Part shown: piece after piece, positions 11,012-24,181 of the stretch
Layout: every line of letters begins with the position of its first letter
Position numbering within the stretch: the stretch's first letter is position 1
DNA from: Terriglobia bacterium
GTDB taxonomy: Bacteria; Acidobacteriota; Terriglobia; 20CM-2-55-15
NCBI GenBank assembly: GCA_963664115.2
Contig: CAXWPJ010000005.1
Location: 96,001-160,000, forward strand
DNA: 64,000 bases
Reading direction: 5' to 3'
The notes under the pieces: generated by a model
The model's database searches: none
What the model was told of the DNA's origin: nothing
What the model saw: the letters and a program-made list of their open reading frames with translations, nothing else
Translations under genes and position numbers: made by a program

Positions 11012-11911
11012 CTACATCAGCTCGGCAACAAATTGCCGCGTCACTTCGGCATCAATCTGGAGCGGTCGGTGAGCCAGGGGCCCCCCTGCGGCAAGTACCG
11101 GTTCGGCCTGATCGAGCGAGGGAAGGTCAGTCCGCTGGAAAAACTTTCCGATGAATATCTCGTCGCCCCAGATCAACGATCGTCGCATCGCATCATGCCA
11201 GTCCGTTGGATCGTAGCTTTCCTCGTCTTCGAGCTTCTTCACGCGCTCTCGGAACCAGTTATAGGTGTTGTCGTGGTTGTAAGTCACGCACGGACTGAAA
11301 ATGTCGATAAAGGCGAATCCCTTATGCTCGAAGGCCTGTTTGATGAGGTCGACCAGTTGTTTTGGCGCCCCACTGAAGGCGCGGGCGACAAAAGTCGCTC
11401 CGGATACCAACGCCAGCGCGACCGGGTTGATGGGTTCTTCGATGTTACCGGACGGCGCGCTCTTGGTCTTCATGCCGATGCGGCTGGTGGGCGATGTCTG
11501 GCCGGTGGTGAGTCCGTATATCTGGTTGTCCATGACCAGGTAGACGAGGTCCACGTTGCGGCGCATCGTGTGAATGAAGTGGTTGCCGCCGATACCAAAC
11601 CCGTCTCCGTCTCCGCCGGTTACCACGACACGCAGGTCGTGATTCGCCATTTTCACTCCTGTGGCGACAGCCAGCGACCGCCCGTGCAGTGTATGCATGC
11701 CGTAGGTTTCGATAAAGCCGGGCAAGTTGGAAGAGCAGCCGATTCCGCTAACCGTGACCACGTTGTGCGGTTGGATTTGGAGTTCGACAAGAGCCTTTTG
11801 AAGAGAAGACAGGACTCCAAAATCGCCGCAGCCTGCACACCAGTCGGGATCGACCGGTCCCTTGAAATCCTTGACGGTCAGCCTACCCTCGGGTTCTATC
11901 GTGGTCGTCAC
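11012..11911 (-). CDS. korB: 2-oxoacid:ferredoxin oxidoreductase beta subunit
   Basis: WCAGCGD, SGIGCS, HTLHGR, TPP motif GGDGD...DNQIYGLT, SPCVTYN. Confidence 0.93.
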   Translation of the reverse strand: MTTTIEPEGRLTVKDFKGPVDPDWCAGCGDFGVLSSLQKALVELQIQPHNVVTVSGIGCSSNLPGFIETYGMHTLHGRSLAVATGVKMANHDLRVVVTGGDGDGFGIGGNHFIHTMRRNVDLVYLVMDNQIYGLTTGQTSPTSRIGMKTKSAPSGNIEEPINPVALALVSGATFVARAFSGAPKQLVDLIKQAFEHKGFAFIDIFSPCVTYNHDNTYNWFRERVKKLEDEESYDPTDWHDAMRRSLIWGDEIFIGKFFQRTDLPSLDQAEPVLAAGGPLAHRPLQIDAEVTRQFVAELM

Positions 11912-11921
11912 ATCGTCCTCC

Positions 11922-13694
11922 TCAAACCTTTATTTCGTGCGTTGGTACGGACAAATTCGTCTTACCCGTGAGTTGTTCCTTCACGCTTTCTACGATGTGA
12001 TGGGGCATGAAGGGTTCCCCATCGTACTTGCGAATGTGGCCGTCGGCGACATAACTGGTTTCGCTCCGCAGGTATCGTGCAAACTGGCCGCTGTAGTTGT
12101 TCTCGACAATGATGGGGTGCTTCTCTGACCCGAGGATCTCCACGATGGCATCTCCGTGCAGGGGAACCAGCCATCGGATCTGTAACTGGTTTGCCGAGAT
12201 TCCTTCTTCCTTGAGCAGCTCGATCGCTTCTTGGATGACGCCCTGGGTGGAACCCCACCCGACAAGAGTCACGTCGGCTCCCGGCTCTCCGATCAGCTCG
12301 GGCGGTTGGACCGCGGCCTCGATTCCTTGCACTTTCCGCTGACGCTTGTCCATCATGTTTCGCCGCTTAGTTGGGTCGGTGAACTCGTCGCTGATCAACG
12401 TTCCATCTTCGTCGTGTTCATCAGTTGCGGCGGTGTGAATGTGGTGGGGCACACCCGGTACGGCGCGGGGAGAGACCCCGTTTTCGGTGAGGGCGTACCG
12501 TTTGTAGCCATTGGAGCCTGTGCTGGACATGATCAACTCTCCGCGATCGATTTCCACGTCGAAGTCGAGTTCTGCGGGCTCCACACTCCCGGTGCCTTCT
12601 GAGAGTAGCAGGTCGCCAAGGATGATTCCGGGACACTGGAACCGATCTGTCAGGTTGAAGATCTCAGGCACGATTTTGAAACAGTCCAGAACATCCGTCG
12701 GTGCGGCGATGACCCTGGGATAATCACCGTGACCGGCCCCAAGCATCTGCCAGAGATCGCCTTGCTCGGTTTTTGTCGGAACTCCCGTGGAAGGGCCCGC
12801 GCGCTGCACGTCGATCACCACAACAGGAGTTTCCATCATGGCCGACATGCCCAGGCCTTCGGTCATCAAGGCGAAGCCACCGCCAGAGGTCGCGCACATC
12901 GCCCGCACTCCAGTGTGGGCCGCGCCGATTGCCATGTTGATGACGCCGATCTCATCCTCGACCTGTCGCACCATAATTCCCGCCTCACGGGCGTGTGTAG
13001 CCATCCAGTGGAGGACACCCGTGGCCGGGCTCATCGGATAGGCGCAGTAAAATTTCACTCCGGCTGCCGCACCGCCCATTCCAAGAGCCATATTCCCCGT
13101 CAGCATGGCCTTGGGGTTTTCTGTCATCGGCAGGGGTTCCTCAAGGGGCTGAAAGTTTTTCGATGCGTGGTCATAGCCCGCCCGTGCGACGTCGACGTTT
13201 TCCTTTACAACGGCCTCTCCCTTCCGTTCGAACTGGGTTGTCAAAACATCTGCCAGCGGCTGAAAACTGACGCCCATCATGTTGAGGGCAGCGCCTAGAG
13301 CGAGCGTGTTCTGCGCTAGCTTGTTGCGGCTGTCGTTGGTGAGTTCCTTTACAGGAAGGGGGCAGAGTTGAACTCCATCAGCCGCATCCTGCGGTTGGAT
13401 TGCATCTCCGTTGTAAATGACAGCGGTCCCGGGGCCCATGAGCTTCAGATGGCGATCCATGGTGTCCTGATTGAGAGGAATCAACATATCGATCTTGTCG
13501 CCGAAGCTCGTCACAGGATCCACCCCGGTGCGTATTGTGAGCAGGGTATGACCGCCCCGGATGAGGGACTGATAGGCGTTGTATGCGTTCAGATGCAGGC
13601 CCCGCCGGACGAGGATGCGGGCAAAGATATTGCCCGGGGTGGCCACCCCCTGGCCAGCCGCTCCGCCAATCGCGATTGCAAGAGTCCGACTCAT
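11922..13694 (-). CDS. korA: 2-oxoacid:ferredoxin oxidoreductase alpha subunit (gamma-alpha fusion)
   Basis: GGAAGQG...IRGGH, YPMSP, EDEI, ATSGGG, QRAGPSTGVPTKTEQGD. Confidence 0.93.
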   Translation of the reverse strand: MSRTLAIAIGGAAGQGVATPGNIFARILVRRGLHLNAYNAYQSLIRGGHTLLTIRTGVDPVTSFGDKIDMLIPLNQDTMDRHLKLMGPGTAVIYNGDAIQPQDAADGVQLCPLPVKELTNDSRNKLAQNTLALGAALNMMGVSFQPLADVLTTQFERKGEAVVKENVDVARAGYDHASKNFQPLEEPLPMTENPKAMLTGNMALGMGGAAAGVKFYCAYPMSPATGVLHWMATHAREAGIMVRQVEDEIGVINMAIGAAHTGVRAMCATSGGGFALMTEGLGMSAMMETPVVVIDVQRAGPSTGVPTKTEQGDLWQMLGAGHGDYPRVIAAPTDVLDCFKIVPEIFNLTDRFQCPGIILGDLLLSEGTGSVEPAELDFDVEIDRGELIMSSTGSNGYKRYALTENGVSPRAVPGVPHHIHTAATDEHDEDGTLISDEFTDPTKRRNMMDKRQRKVQGIEAAVQPPELIGEPGADVTLVGWGSTQGVIQEAIELLKEEGISANQLQIRWLVPLHGDAIVEILGSEKHPIIVENNYSGQFARYLRSETSYVADGHIRKYDGEPFMPHHIVESVKEQLTGKTNLSVPTHEIKV

Positions 13695-14412
13695 TCAAAA
13701 TCTCCTTCGTCGATGCACACTATCGTGCGACAAGGTTTGGTTCGTAACGTGGGTTCTCACCGTACCTCGATCCTAATATCAACCTTGACGACAACTCTGT
13801 ACGCAGTACACGGGTAGGGTCGTGAACTCCCGTGCTTCAACTGCCGCTCATTGTATTCCAAACCGTGAGCCGTACTGGATTCGAATCATCGTTCCTCTGC
13901 TTGAAAGCCGAGTCTGACCCCTTAGTCTTCGATAATTTCAGCCGCTCAGGGTATGCAGGGTCGCACAAAACCGGACCAGTTTACCAGATGAGGGGGTCTC
14001 TGTCATCTCAGACCAAGCGGGTTGAACTCGATCGAACGCTTTTGCAATGAATAAGTTATTGTATCTAAGACAAGTTAAATCCCGTGCGCGATGGGCTCGG
14101 GGCCGCTGCTACCGGACGACGAGGCCCAAGCCCTTGCCAGAGGGTGAGACGAAGGTCATCGACCTCGACGAATACTGGCCCGCGACACCGCCAAACATCA
14201 TGAATTGAGGGGTCCATCCTCCGGTATCGACTAAGTGAGGGAATATCAACTCCGCGGTCGTCGTTTCTTTGAGATTATCGTAGCGTATCGGGATACGAGA
14301 TCGATCGTTGCAGGGGAGAACGGGTCATAAGATGCTGGAAAGATGGGATCCGGTTCAAGCGGCAGATCGCGTTGATCCACGATTTATTTTCAGGGGTTAG
14401 GAGTAAGCCGAC

Positions 14413-15111
14413 ATGAAAACACCCACGATCATCATCGAACACCGATTTAATGGGCCCGAAGGTTCAGCCAACGGGGGCTATACCTGCGGTCGGCTTGCCC
14501 AATTTATTGAAGGCCCGGCCCGGGTTCGACTCCGGGTGCCGCCGCCCTTGGATGTTGCATTCGAGGTCAGGCGAAGCGATTCGGGTGTGTCCATGGTTCG
14601 AGATGGCGATTTGATCGCCGAGGCGTGGCCTGGCAAACTGGAGCTTGAGGTTCCCGAACCCCCGACGATTCGGGAGGCGGAGGCGGCTTCGCGTGCCTAT
14701 ATTGGATTCAAATTCCATCGTTACACGACCTGTTTTGTTTGCGGTCCTGAACAGGCAAAGGGAGGACTCAGGGTCTTTGCGGGCCCGGTTCCGGGACGGG
14801 AAATGGTAGCTTCCCTCTGGCGGCCGGACCCATCGCTGGCTTCAGACGGAATCCATGTGAATCCCGTATTTCTTTGGTCCGTGCTCGATTGTCCGGGAGG
14901 GTTCGCGTTTCCCGAACCGGAGAAAGACGGCGTTCTTCTCGGAGAACTCTCCGTGGAACTGTTCGAGAGTGCGACTATCGGTGAGCCTCATGTCGTGATC
15001 GGCTGGGAGTTCCGTCGTGAAGGTCGGAAGCACCATACCGGTACGGCCCTGTTCTCAGAGTCCGGTGATTGCATCGGAGTGGGGCAGGGGATCTGGTTCG
15101 AGGTTCCCTGA
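14413..15111 (+). CDS. Conserved hypothetical protein, probable hotdog/thioesterase-like fold
   Basis: RFNGPEGSANGGY, CFVCG, LDCPGG motifs; AGGAG RBS. Confidence 0.7.
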   Translation: MKTPTIIIEHRFNGPEGSANGGYTCGRLAQFIEGPARVRLRVPPPLDVAFEVRRSDSGVSMVRDGDLIAEAWPGKLELEVPEPPTIREAEAASRAYIGFKFHRYTTCFVCGPEQAKGGLRVFAGPVPGREMVASLWRPDPSLASDGIHVNPVFLWSVLDCPGGFAFPEPEKDGVLLGELSVELFESATIGEPHVVIGWEFRREGRKHHTGTALFSESGDCIGVGQGIWFEVP

Positions 15112-15339
15112 GGCAGATCGATCGAGCTGTCGTTCCAGAATCGATCATTCTCATGGCGAATTTGGCCAATCCGGTTGGCTTTTACCGGTGTGTCCGAGGT
15201 GATATATAATGGTTGGCGAGTTTGTGAACGAGCAGGGCAGTTCCCTGCGGATCAGTGAAGATCCTCTGATTGCGGAAATTCCAACAGTCAAAATGTCGGG
15301 GGCTTTGATGCCATTAATCTCAGCTCCGGGGAGAAAGTT

Positions 15340-15786
15340 ATGAGATTGAAACCGTACTGTGTGTGTTTGACCTTGGTTTTGCTTTTGATGTCTGCTTGTG
15401 CCGCGGAGCCCGAGCCTGTGCCCGCGCCTCAACCGGAACCCGCAGCCGCTGAACCGGTGGTTGGGGATGTTGTGTTGAGCGGAACGTGGACGGGTGATTG
15501 GGGCCCCTCGCCTACTGATCGTAACGCCGTCGTCGTCGAGTTGGCTTGGGATGGTGCCACGTTGAGCGGTCAGGTGAATCCAGGACCGAATGCTGTCGAT
15601 TTGACGAGTGCGGCCTTCGATCCTGCTACGAACAATATAACGATGGAGGCCGACGCAGAAACTTTTCGCGGAACGCTGCACTATGTGATGGAAGGGACAC
15701 TGGACGGCAACACAATTTCCGGAACTTGGGGTCACGATGATGTGTTGGGTGACTTTACGATAACGATGGCTACGACAGAGGAATAG
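15340..15786 (+). CDS. Hypothetical lipoprotein
   Basis: Signal with MSAC lipobox-like motif, Pro-rich linker, beta-rich LSGTWTGDW domain. Confidence 0.7.
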   Translation: MRLKPYCVCLTLVLLLMSACAAEPEPVPAPQPEPAAAEPVVGDVVLSGTWTGDWGPSPTDRNAVVVELAWDGATLSGQVNPGPNAVDLTSAAFDPATNNITMEADAETFRGTLHYVMEGTLDGNTISGTWGHDDVLGDFTITMATTEE

Positions 15787-15898
15787 ATAAAGCCGGCGAG
15801 TTAGTTAGAGACCAATAAGATGCCCGATCCCGTTGTCGCCGTTTGAGCGAAAGTGAGGACAGTTAGCCTTCCCATCAACCCACTTCCTTGAGAACCCC

Positions 15899-16861
15899 AT
15901 GGTCTCGACTCAGGCGACGAGCGTTCAGGAACAAAGCCGTCGGGCTGAGCTTGTGCCCGCTTCTATTTATATCCTGATCGCCTGTCTGATCTGGGTGCCC
16001 CTCGTCTTCGTGATCACGGGACTGAATCCATTTCGTTTGTTCAATTCGATAGAGGCCCTTCTGGCGACGCTGATGTTCGTCGGTGGCGCGATGATTGCCA
16101 GTGCCACGGCTGTCGGTGGCGGGATCGTGTTCAATCCCATGCTCGGGCTGATCTTTGGCATTAGCGGTTTTTCGGCGCTCACACTCGCCGTCATCGTTCA
16201 GTGTACCGGCATGACAAGTGGCGCTTATGGCTGGTACAGGCAGGGTGAGTTTGCACGGGTCGACCGATCCCAACTGGTGGCGATGGCATTGTGCGCCTGC
16301 GGTTCGAGCGTGTTCTTTTCGCTGTTGTTTCTCCTGGCGATAACACGCCTGCCCTCGGGACCCCTGCTTTCTGCCATGAAGGCCGCGTCCGCGCTCGTTT
16401 CGTTTTATGTTGCGAAGTTGTTGTGGAATGAGATCAAGGATCGGCGGGGGGACGACCCTGGGATCGAGCAGGCCAGACCACTAACCGTGGACTGGAGGAT
16501 CTATCCGTGGATCACCGTCGGCGCCCTGCTTAATGTTACGACTGCAGTGGGAATATGGGGGCTGAGTTGTTCCCACATCATGAAGTATTACCCGGCGTCC
16601 GCAAAGCAGGCCATTGCCGTGGGCGTGATGATGCAGGCCGTTGCTGTCCTCAGCCAGACCGTGATCATTTTCTTATTCATGCTCGATTACGTGCTTGTGC
16701 CCATGGTGTGTGTGGGCGTGCTGATGACCCTGATCGGTGGTCGCCTGGCGGCATACATAATGACGCGCGGCTTTATCGAACCCTATGTCAAGCATGCCTT
16801 GACTCTGACGGCCCTGGGCATGGGCATGACGTCTCTGATTTTGCTGCTGTTGAGCTCTTGA
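15899..16861 (+). CDS. Sulfite exporter TauE/SafE (TSUP)-like membrane protein
   Basis: Many hydrophobic segments; AVGGGIVFNP, QCTGMTSGA. Confidence 0.7.
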   Translation: MVSTQATSVQEQSRRAELVPASIYILIACLIWVPLVFVITGLNPFRLFNSIEALLATLMFVGGAMIASATAVGGGIVFNPMLGLIFGISGFSALTLAVIVQCTGMTSGAYGWYRQGEFARVDRSQLVAMALCACGSSVFFSLLFLLAITRLPSGPLLSAMKAASALVSFYVAKLLWNEIKDRRGDDPGIEQARPLTVDWRIYPWITVGALLNVTTAVGIWGLSCSHIMKYYPASAKQAIAVGVMMQAVAVLSQTVIIFLFMLDYVLVPMVCVGVLMTLIGGRLAAYIMTRGFIEPYVKHALTLTALGMGMTSLILLLLSS

Positions 16862-16967
16862 CCTGGTGACGGAGATCGATTGTTGATGCGACAGGCCTGC
16901 AGATTTTCGCCAACAGTGCAATTCGGTCTCCGTCGCCAAACTTTGAAGAGACGCCGATGTCTGCTTG

Positions 16968-19454
<2,487 letters not shown>

Positions 19455-19524
19455 TTAACGACCGAGCAATATCTTGTGTCGTGAACTTCTGACCGAGGCC
19501 TCTCGCGTTAGCCACACCTTCCGA

Positions 19525-20388
19525 CTATCTCAATTCCGTCATGAATCCGGGAAGACCCCATTGCATCTGCAAGCTGTCGGGGGTGTATGCGGGATATTCC
19601 ATACCCAGAATTCTGCCGATTTCTTCCTGCGTTCTGCCCTCCCGTATCAGGCCCGTCACGCGGTCCCGCAACACGACTACGTTTTCCCTGTATGTTTGAA
19701 GGCCTGCAGGGTCGGTGACCGTACCGTGGCCCGGGATTACGGTGTCGAAGTCGAATTCCTCGAGCATCGCTTCGACACTGCTGGACCATTCGACGATGCT
19801 GCCGCCACCGTTGTAATCGATCAGGGGCGTTGTGCCGGCCATCATGTCGCCCATGTGAACGGTTCGCTGTGCCGGGAAGTAGATGATGGCATCACTATTG
19901 GTATGGCCACGGCCGAAGTGCCGGGCACGCACTTCTTGACCACCCAGGAATATAGACATTTCTTCAGTGAAGGCCAGGCGTGCGGGAACGATTCCCGGTG
20001 GGGCATTGGACTGTTTGTTTTCAAGGATGTTGGTTCGTGCATTCCGTGTAGAAATCACCTCGGCGACGGAGAGGAACCTTGAATTTCCCCCGCTGTGATC
20101 GGCGTGATAGTGCGTGTTGATCACGTACCGGACGGGCTCGTCTGTGACACTTCTGACGTTTTCCATGATCGCGTCGTAGTTTTGCTCGAACTTGTCGTCG
20201 ATCAAAATGACGCCCTCAGTCGTTACCAGAACCGCGACGTTTCCACCGCTGCCCACGATGTTGTAGAGATTGTCCGTGACCTCTGCAATTGTGAGCTGCG
20301 GGTTCCCCTGCTCCATCGCTCCGGTAACGGCCGCGAAACCGGCCCCTAGAATCGCCGCCAGACTGATGATCAGAATTCGTGTGTGCAC
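19525..20388 (-). CDS. Exported MBL-fold metallo-hydrolase (cyclase-like)
   Basis: INTHYHADHSGGN, GHTNSD, MGD, IPGHG; GTG 20388 with AAGGAGG RBS and signal peptide. Confidence 0.88.
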   Translation of the reverse strand: MHTRILIISLAAILGAGFAAVTGAMEQGNPQLTIAEVTDNLYNIVGSGGNVAVLVTTEGVILIDDKFEQNYDAIMENVRSVTDEPVRYVINTHYHADHSGGNSRFLSVAEVISTRNARTNILENKQSNAPPGIVPARLAFTEEMSIFLGGQEVRARHFGRGHTNSDAIIYFPAQRTVHMGDMMAGTTPLIDYNGGGSIVEWSSSVEAMLEEFDFDTVIPGHGTVTDPAGLQTYRENVVVLRDRVTGLIREGRTQEEIGRILGMEYPAYTPDSLQMQWGLPGFMTELR

Positions 20389-20717
20389 ATTGCCCTCCTT
20401 CGAGTCGCTTATTCGCGTATTGAACCCGGATTCTACAGCGACTTTCGTCCGGAATCCAAGAGTCGCGGGGGATTCCCCGATTAACCCATTCTGACTCCCC
20501 TGCAACGGGCGGGTCCCGACTGCGGACGCAGGGTATGGTGATCTTGAAAATCCAAGCTAAAAGGTGTCCAGAAGCCTAACAGCAAGTTATTATGAAATGA
20601 TGCGGATCGGGTTCTTTTACGCTTGACCGAACTTGCTGGCAAGACTACGATCCGTCGAAAACAGCAATCGTATGAAAGTGCATGAATTTGCCTAGCAGGA
20701 AAAGGGGGGTTGTAACC

Positions 20718-21193
20718 ATGAAGCTTCTTGTTTCTTTAGTATCGGCCGTTGTTCTCATGACGCTGAGTTCCCCGGCGTCGGCGCACCACTCGTTCAACAC
20801 GTTTTTTTCCATGGAGGGGACGGTCGAAATCGAGGGTCTCGTGAAGTCGTTCAAGCTCGTCAGTCCGCATTCGGAGATGATGGTCGAGGTCACCGAGCCG
20901 GATGGCACGATCGCACTCTGGCGGATTACGGCGAGAACCGGAGCGGTGAACGCGAGAAGGGCCGGTTGGAGGCCTGAGGACTTTATCGGCCATACGGTCA
21001 AGATCGAAGGCAACCCTGCCCGGAGGGAAGGCGCGACGGTTGGAGGCCTGAGGACTTTATCGGCCATACGGTCAAGATCGAAGGCAACCCTGCCCGGAGG
21101 GAAGGCGCGACGGCTATGGCGGCTGGAGTGGTGACTTTTCCGGATGGAAAGATCGTGTGTCTGGGAGGGTGTCCCGGGGTACCGGAACAGTAG
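20718..21193 (+). pseudogene. DUF6152-like exported protein, frameshifted by a 74-bp tandem duplication
   Basis: Signal ending ASA-HHS, SPH motif; removing one repeat copy restores ...ARREGATAMAAGVVTFPDGKIVCLGGCPGVPEQ* (TAG 21191-21193). Confidence 0.82.
20963..21110. repeat. 74-bp perfect tandem duplication with CGG microhomology
   Basis: Copies start at 20963 and 21037; CGG recurs at 21111. Confidence 0.93.
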
Positions 21194-21290
21194 AGCTCAA
21201 GCTAAGCAAAGGACTTAGACGACACAACGCGCCGTCCCCTGCGTCTGGGAAAAACTCAGCGCTTTGGCCGGGAGTAATTCAGGAGTAAGA

Positions 21291-22127
21291 ATGACGACGC
21301 GTGCGATCACGGAGACGGCGACGGGCAATGGAGAGTTGAAGGCGCCAATAGCGGGCGCCTTCTTGTGTCTGGTGCTTTTGTTTGGAACTGGAACCCCAGA
21401 CCTCGCGGCCCAGACTGACGAACAGTTCTTCAAGTCTTTCCCTTACATAGGTAACTGGGATGCCGGGGTCGGAAATCCTGATGGTCAGGATCGCGGAAAT
21501 TGCGGCGGCCGTCTCGGAGACTACGGCGAAAAATTGTTGAACTGTTCCCTGCCTGTCGACCAACTCCCGTTAAACAAGCGAGGAGAGGCATGGCTGAAGT
21601 TCATAGACCACCGTGCATCACCGGCCCTGTCGGAGTGCGCGGAGGTGGCCGTCCCGGCCTTGTTGGGCAGTGGGGTCTATATCTCTGGATATCCCGACCG
21701 ATTGGAGTTTCAGCACGGGGACCCATCGGGCCTGATTACCCGGCACATCTGGATGGATGGGCGCGGGCACCCGGAGGCCAGAAAGCTCTTCCAACACGGG
21801 CATTCCATAGGCTGGTGGGATGGAGATGATCTCGTTGTTGAAGCGACCAACTTCACATTTGATCCGGACGGCATCGATGATCACCTTCATATGGCCTCTT
21901 CTGTGCGAAAGAAGATCACCGAGCGCTATCAGATTATTGATGAGAACAACCTGAGGCTCGTAATCATTCTGGAAGATCCGACTTTTCTGACGCGGCCCTT
22001 CAAGTACGCTTATGTCCTGAACAAGCAGTCCGGGGGCCCCAATACCGCTTGGCGCGCCTGCGACCCTGCGGTGGCAAGGAACGAAGTAATATACGCCTAT
22101 CCCGGCGACAAGTATCCGGAGAATTGA
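21291..22127 (+). CDS. Exported hypothetical protein (DUF6152-partner family)
   Basis: RHIWMDGRGHP, GHSIGWWDGDDLVVE, ERY, EDPTFLTRP; signal peptide; AGGAG RBS. Confidence 0.82.
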   Translation: MTTRAITETATGNGELKAPIAGAFLCLVLLFGTGTPDLAAQTDEQFFKSFPYIGNWDAGVGNPDGQDRGNCGGRLGDYGEKLLNCSLPVDQLPLNKRGEAWLKFIDHRASPALSECAEVAVPALLGSGVYISGYPDRLEFQHGDPSGLITRHIWMDGRGHPEARKLFQHGHSIGWWDGDDLVVEATNFTFDPDGIDDHLHMASSVRKKITERYQIIDENNLRLVIILEDPTFLTRPFKYAYVLNKQSGGPNTAWRACDPAVARNEVIYAYPGDKYPEN

Positions 22128-22274
22128 CCTGATAGATAGAGTCTGGATTTGAACCCGAATGCGCCGCCTGAGACTATCGGGTCAGGCTTCTTTCTGTAAG
22201 CGAACCCCCGCGACCGGCTGGTTTTTACGGCGACGACCGATGAGACTCGAATCCATACTACGAGGAGAGAGGCT

Positions 22275-23375
22275 ATGACACGCTATCTGGCACCTGCGCT
22301 GTGCAGTGTTTTGCTGTTGTTCGGTTGGGCTCGGACTGCGAACGCCCAATCCGACGACGCCCAGACCCATGTCGCAGCAGCCCGTGCTGCTGTCGCACCG
22401 AGTGTTGAAAATCCGCTGCAACCCTTTCATGTTTTCGACCGTCTGCATGACCAGATGTGCGCGGAACCTACGCTGCCGGATGCGATGCGCCAGCAGGACC
22501 GAACGGCCGTACGGCCACGCGAAGACTGGTATCAACCACCGGCTATCATTTTTGACAACCTGTATTTTATCGGTACGAGCGGGGCGGGTGTGTTTGCGGT
22601 CAACACCTCCGAGGGGATTATCGTCATCGACACCAGTTACCACTACAGCAGCGAAGAATTAGTCCTCGGCCTGCTCCAGTTTGGCCTCGATCCCGAAGAC
22701 ATCAAGTACATCGTTGTCAGCCACGGTCATGACGATAGATTTTTTGGAGCCAGTGTTCTCCAGAAGTCGTACCCATCCGCAAGGATCGTGATGTCCGAAG
22801 CGGATTGGGAGGTTGTCGAAAACGACAACAATCCGGCGGAACTGAAACCGACACGGGACATGGTGGCAACCGACGGCATGCGGTTGACGCTCGGGGAGAC
22901 CACCGTCACGCTCTACGTCACGCCCGGCCATACTCCGGGTACGCTGTCGATGATCATTGAGCCGCTCTGGAATCAAAAGAGCGTGAATTCAGACGACGAT
23001 CGCCATGTGGCTGTTTTCTGGGGTGGCACCGACATCACCATCGGGCGACAGGGGGTCCGGTATTTCCCGGATGGAGTCACGATGATGGAGACCTGGGTCG
23101 CATCCACCGAGCGCTTTAAGAATATTGTGGCAGAGGCCGGTGTGGACACGATTCTCACCCAGACCGTGAGGCACGCCAATATGCTTGAAAAGATGCGCGC
23201 CTGGCGGATCATGAATCCCGACGAATCGGGCGGTGGAAATCCCGACGGGATCCTTGCCGAGGTGCAGAGATTAGAGGGGGAGCCTCATTCTTTCGTTAAC
23301 GCAGATGCGGTTGACCGATATTTCACAGTTCTTCTTGAATGCTATAAGGCGCAGCTGGCATGGAGGACTGAGTAG
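22275..23375 (+). CDS. Exported subclass-B3-like MBL-fold hydrolase
   Basis: FDNLYFIG, SHGHDDR, TPGHTPG; signal peptide ending ANA. Confidence 0.85.
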   Translation: MTRYLAPALCSVLLLFGWARTANAQSDDAQTHVAAARAAVAPSVENPLQPFHVFDRLHDQMCAEPTLPDAMRQQDRTAVRPREDWYQPPAIIFDNLYFIGTSGAGVFAVNTSEGIIVIDTSYHYSSEELVLGLLQFGLDPEDIKYIVVSHGHDDRFFGASVLQKSYPSARIVMSEADWEVVENDNNPAELKPTRDMVATDGMRLTLGETTVTLYVTPGHTPGTLSMIIEPLWNQKSVNSDDDRHVAVFWGGTDITIGRQGVRYFPDGVTMMETWVASTERFKNIVAEAGVDTILTQTVRHANMLEKMRAWRIMNPDESGGGNPDGILAEVQRLEGEPHSFVNADAVDRYFTVLLECYKAQLAWRTE

Positions 23376-23606
23376 CGTTATTGGAGAACGTGCTTCGAAT
23401 CGTGGGCCGGGAGCGCGCTCCGAAACTGTGGGATGCAGTGCGGGAACCCCGCCCCGCACTCCATCACCGCGGATCTCGTTTTTCTTTCGCATACTTGCCT
23501 TGTAGCGGCTTATGGTTTCCAATGACCGTTCTTTGAAGGCGACACAAACCTGAGGGTGCATCAGGTCTCGTTGTCGCTCCTAAGTAGTACCTCCAGATAA
23601 AAATAG

Positions 23607-24113
23607 ATGGAATCATTTTTTATCCTGCTGGAACAGAGTAGCTTGCCCGCGTGGATCCGCGAAGGCGGGACGCTCACGGGATATCCTCTCGTTCTCTTTT
23701 TGCACACGCTTGGCCTGAGCGTGCTCGTCGGTCTCAGCGTGGCACTGGATTTCCGGCTGCTCGGTTTTGCTCCTGGAATTCCGTTGCGGGCCCTGGTCAG
23801 AGCCTACCCCCTCATGTGGGCGGGGTTCGCGCTGAACGCTGCGACGGGTGCTCTGCTATTCGCCGCGGATGCCACAAGGCATTTCTCGAATCCGGCCTTT
23901 TTTGTGAAACTCGTTTGCGTCGCGTTCGCCGTCGTATGCCTGGTGCTGCTCCGGAACGTGGTGTCCCGGAAAAATTCTGCCGATGCAGGTCCTGTCGATG
24001 AGGGCCGGGTCGGGATGCGTGGCAAGGTGTTGGCGGCGTCGTCGCTGGGGGCCTGGTTTGTCGCTATTGGGGCTGCACGCCTCATGGCGTACATCAATGA
24101 GTTCATTCAATAA
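23607..24113 (+). CDS. DUF6644-like membrane protein
   Basis: About 4 hydrophobic segments; LHTLGL, LDFRLLG, TGALLF, NPAFFVKL, ARLMAY. Confidence 0.7.
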   Translation: MESFFILLEQSSLPAWIREGGTLTGYPLVLFLHTLGLSVLVGLSVALDFRLLGFAPGIPLRALVRAYPLMWAGFALNAATGALLFAADATRHFSNPAFFVKLVCVAFAVVCLVLLRNVVSRKNSADAGPVDEGRVGMRGKVLAASSLGAWFVAIGAARLMAYINEFIQ

Positions 24114-24181
24114 GCGTAAGCCAGCGTTGACGATCCTCTTCTGGGGCGCCGCAGCTGGCCGGCGCGTGTAGAAATCTAGAT

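Noticed and set aside
13700-14400. Possible gene remnant or ncRNA between korA and 14413
   Set aside because: Only short frames, with no recognisable motif or structure.
20963-21110. CRISPR array or DGR template/variable repeat
   Set aside because: Perfect two-copy repeats with no spacers, no adenine-specific mismatches, and no cas or RT gene in the window.
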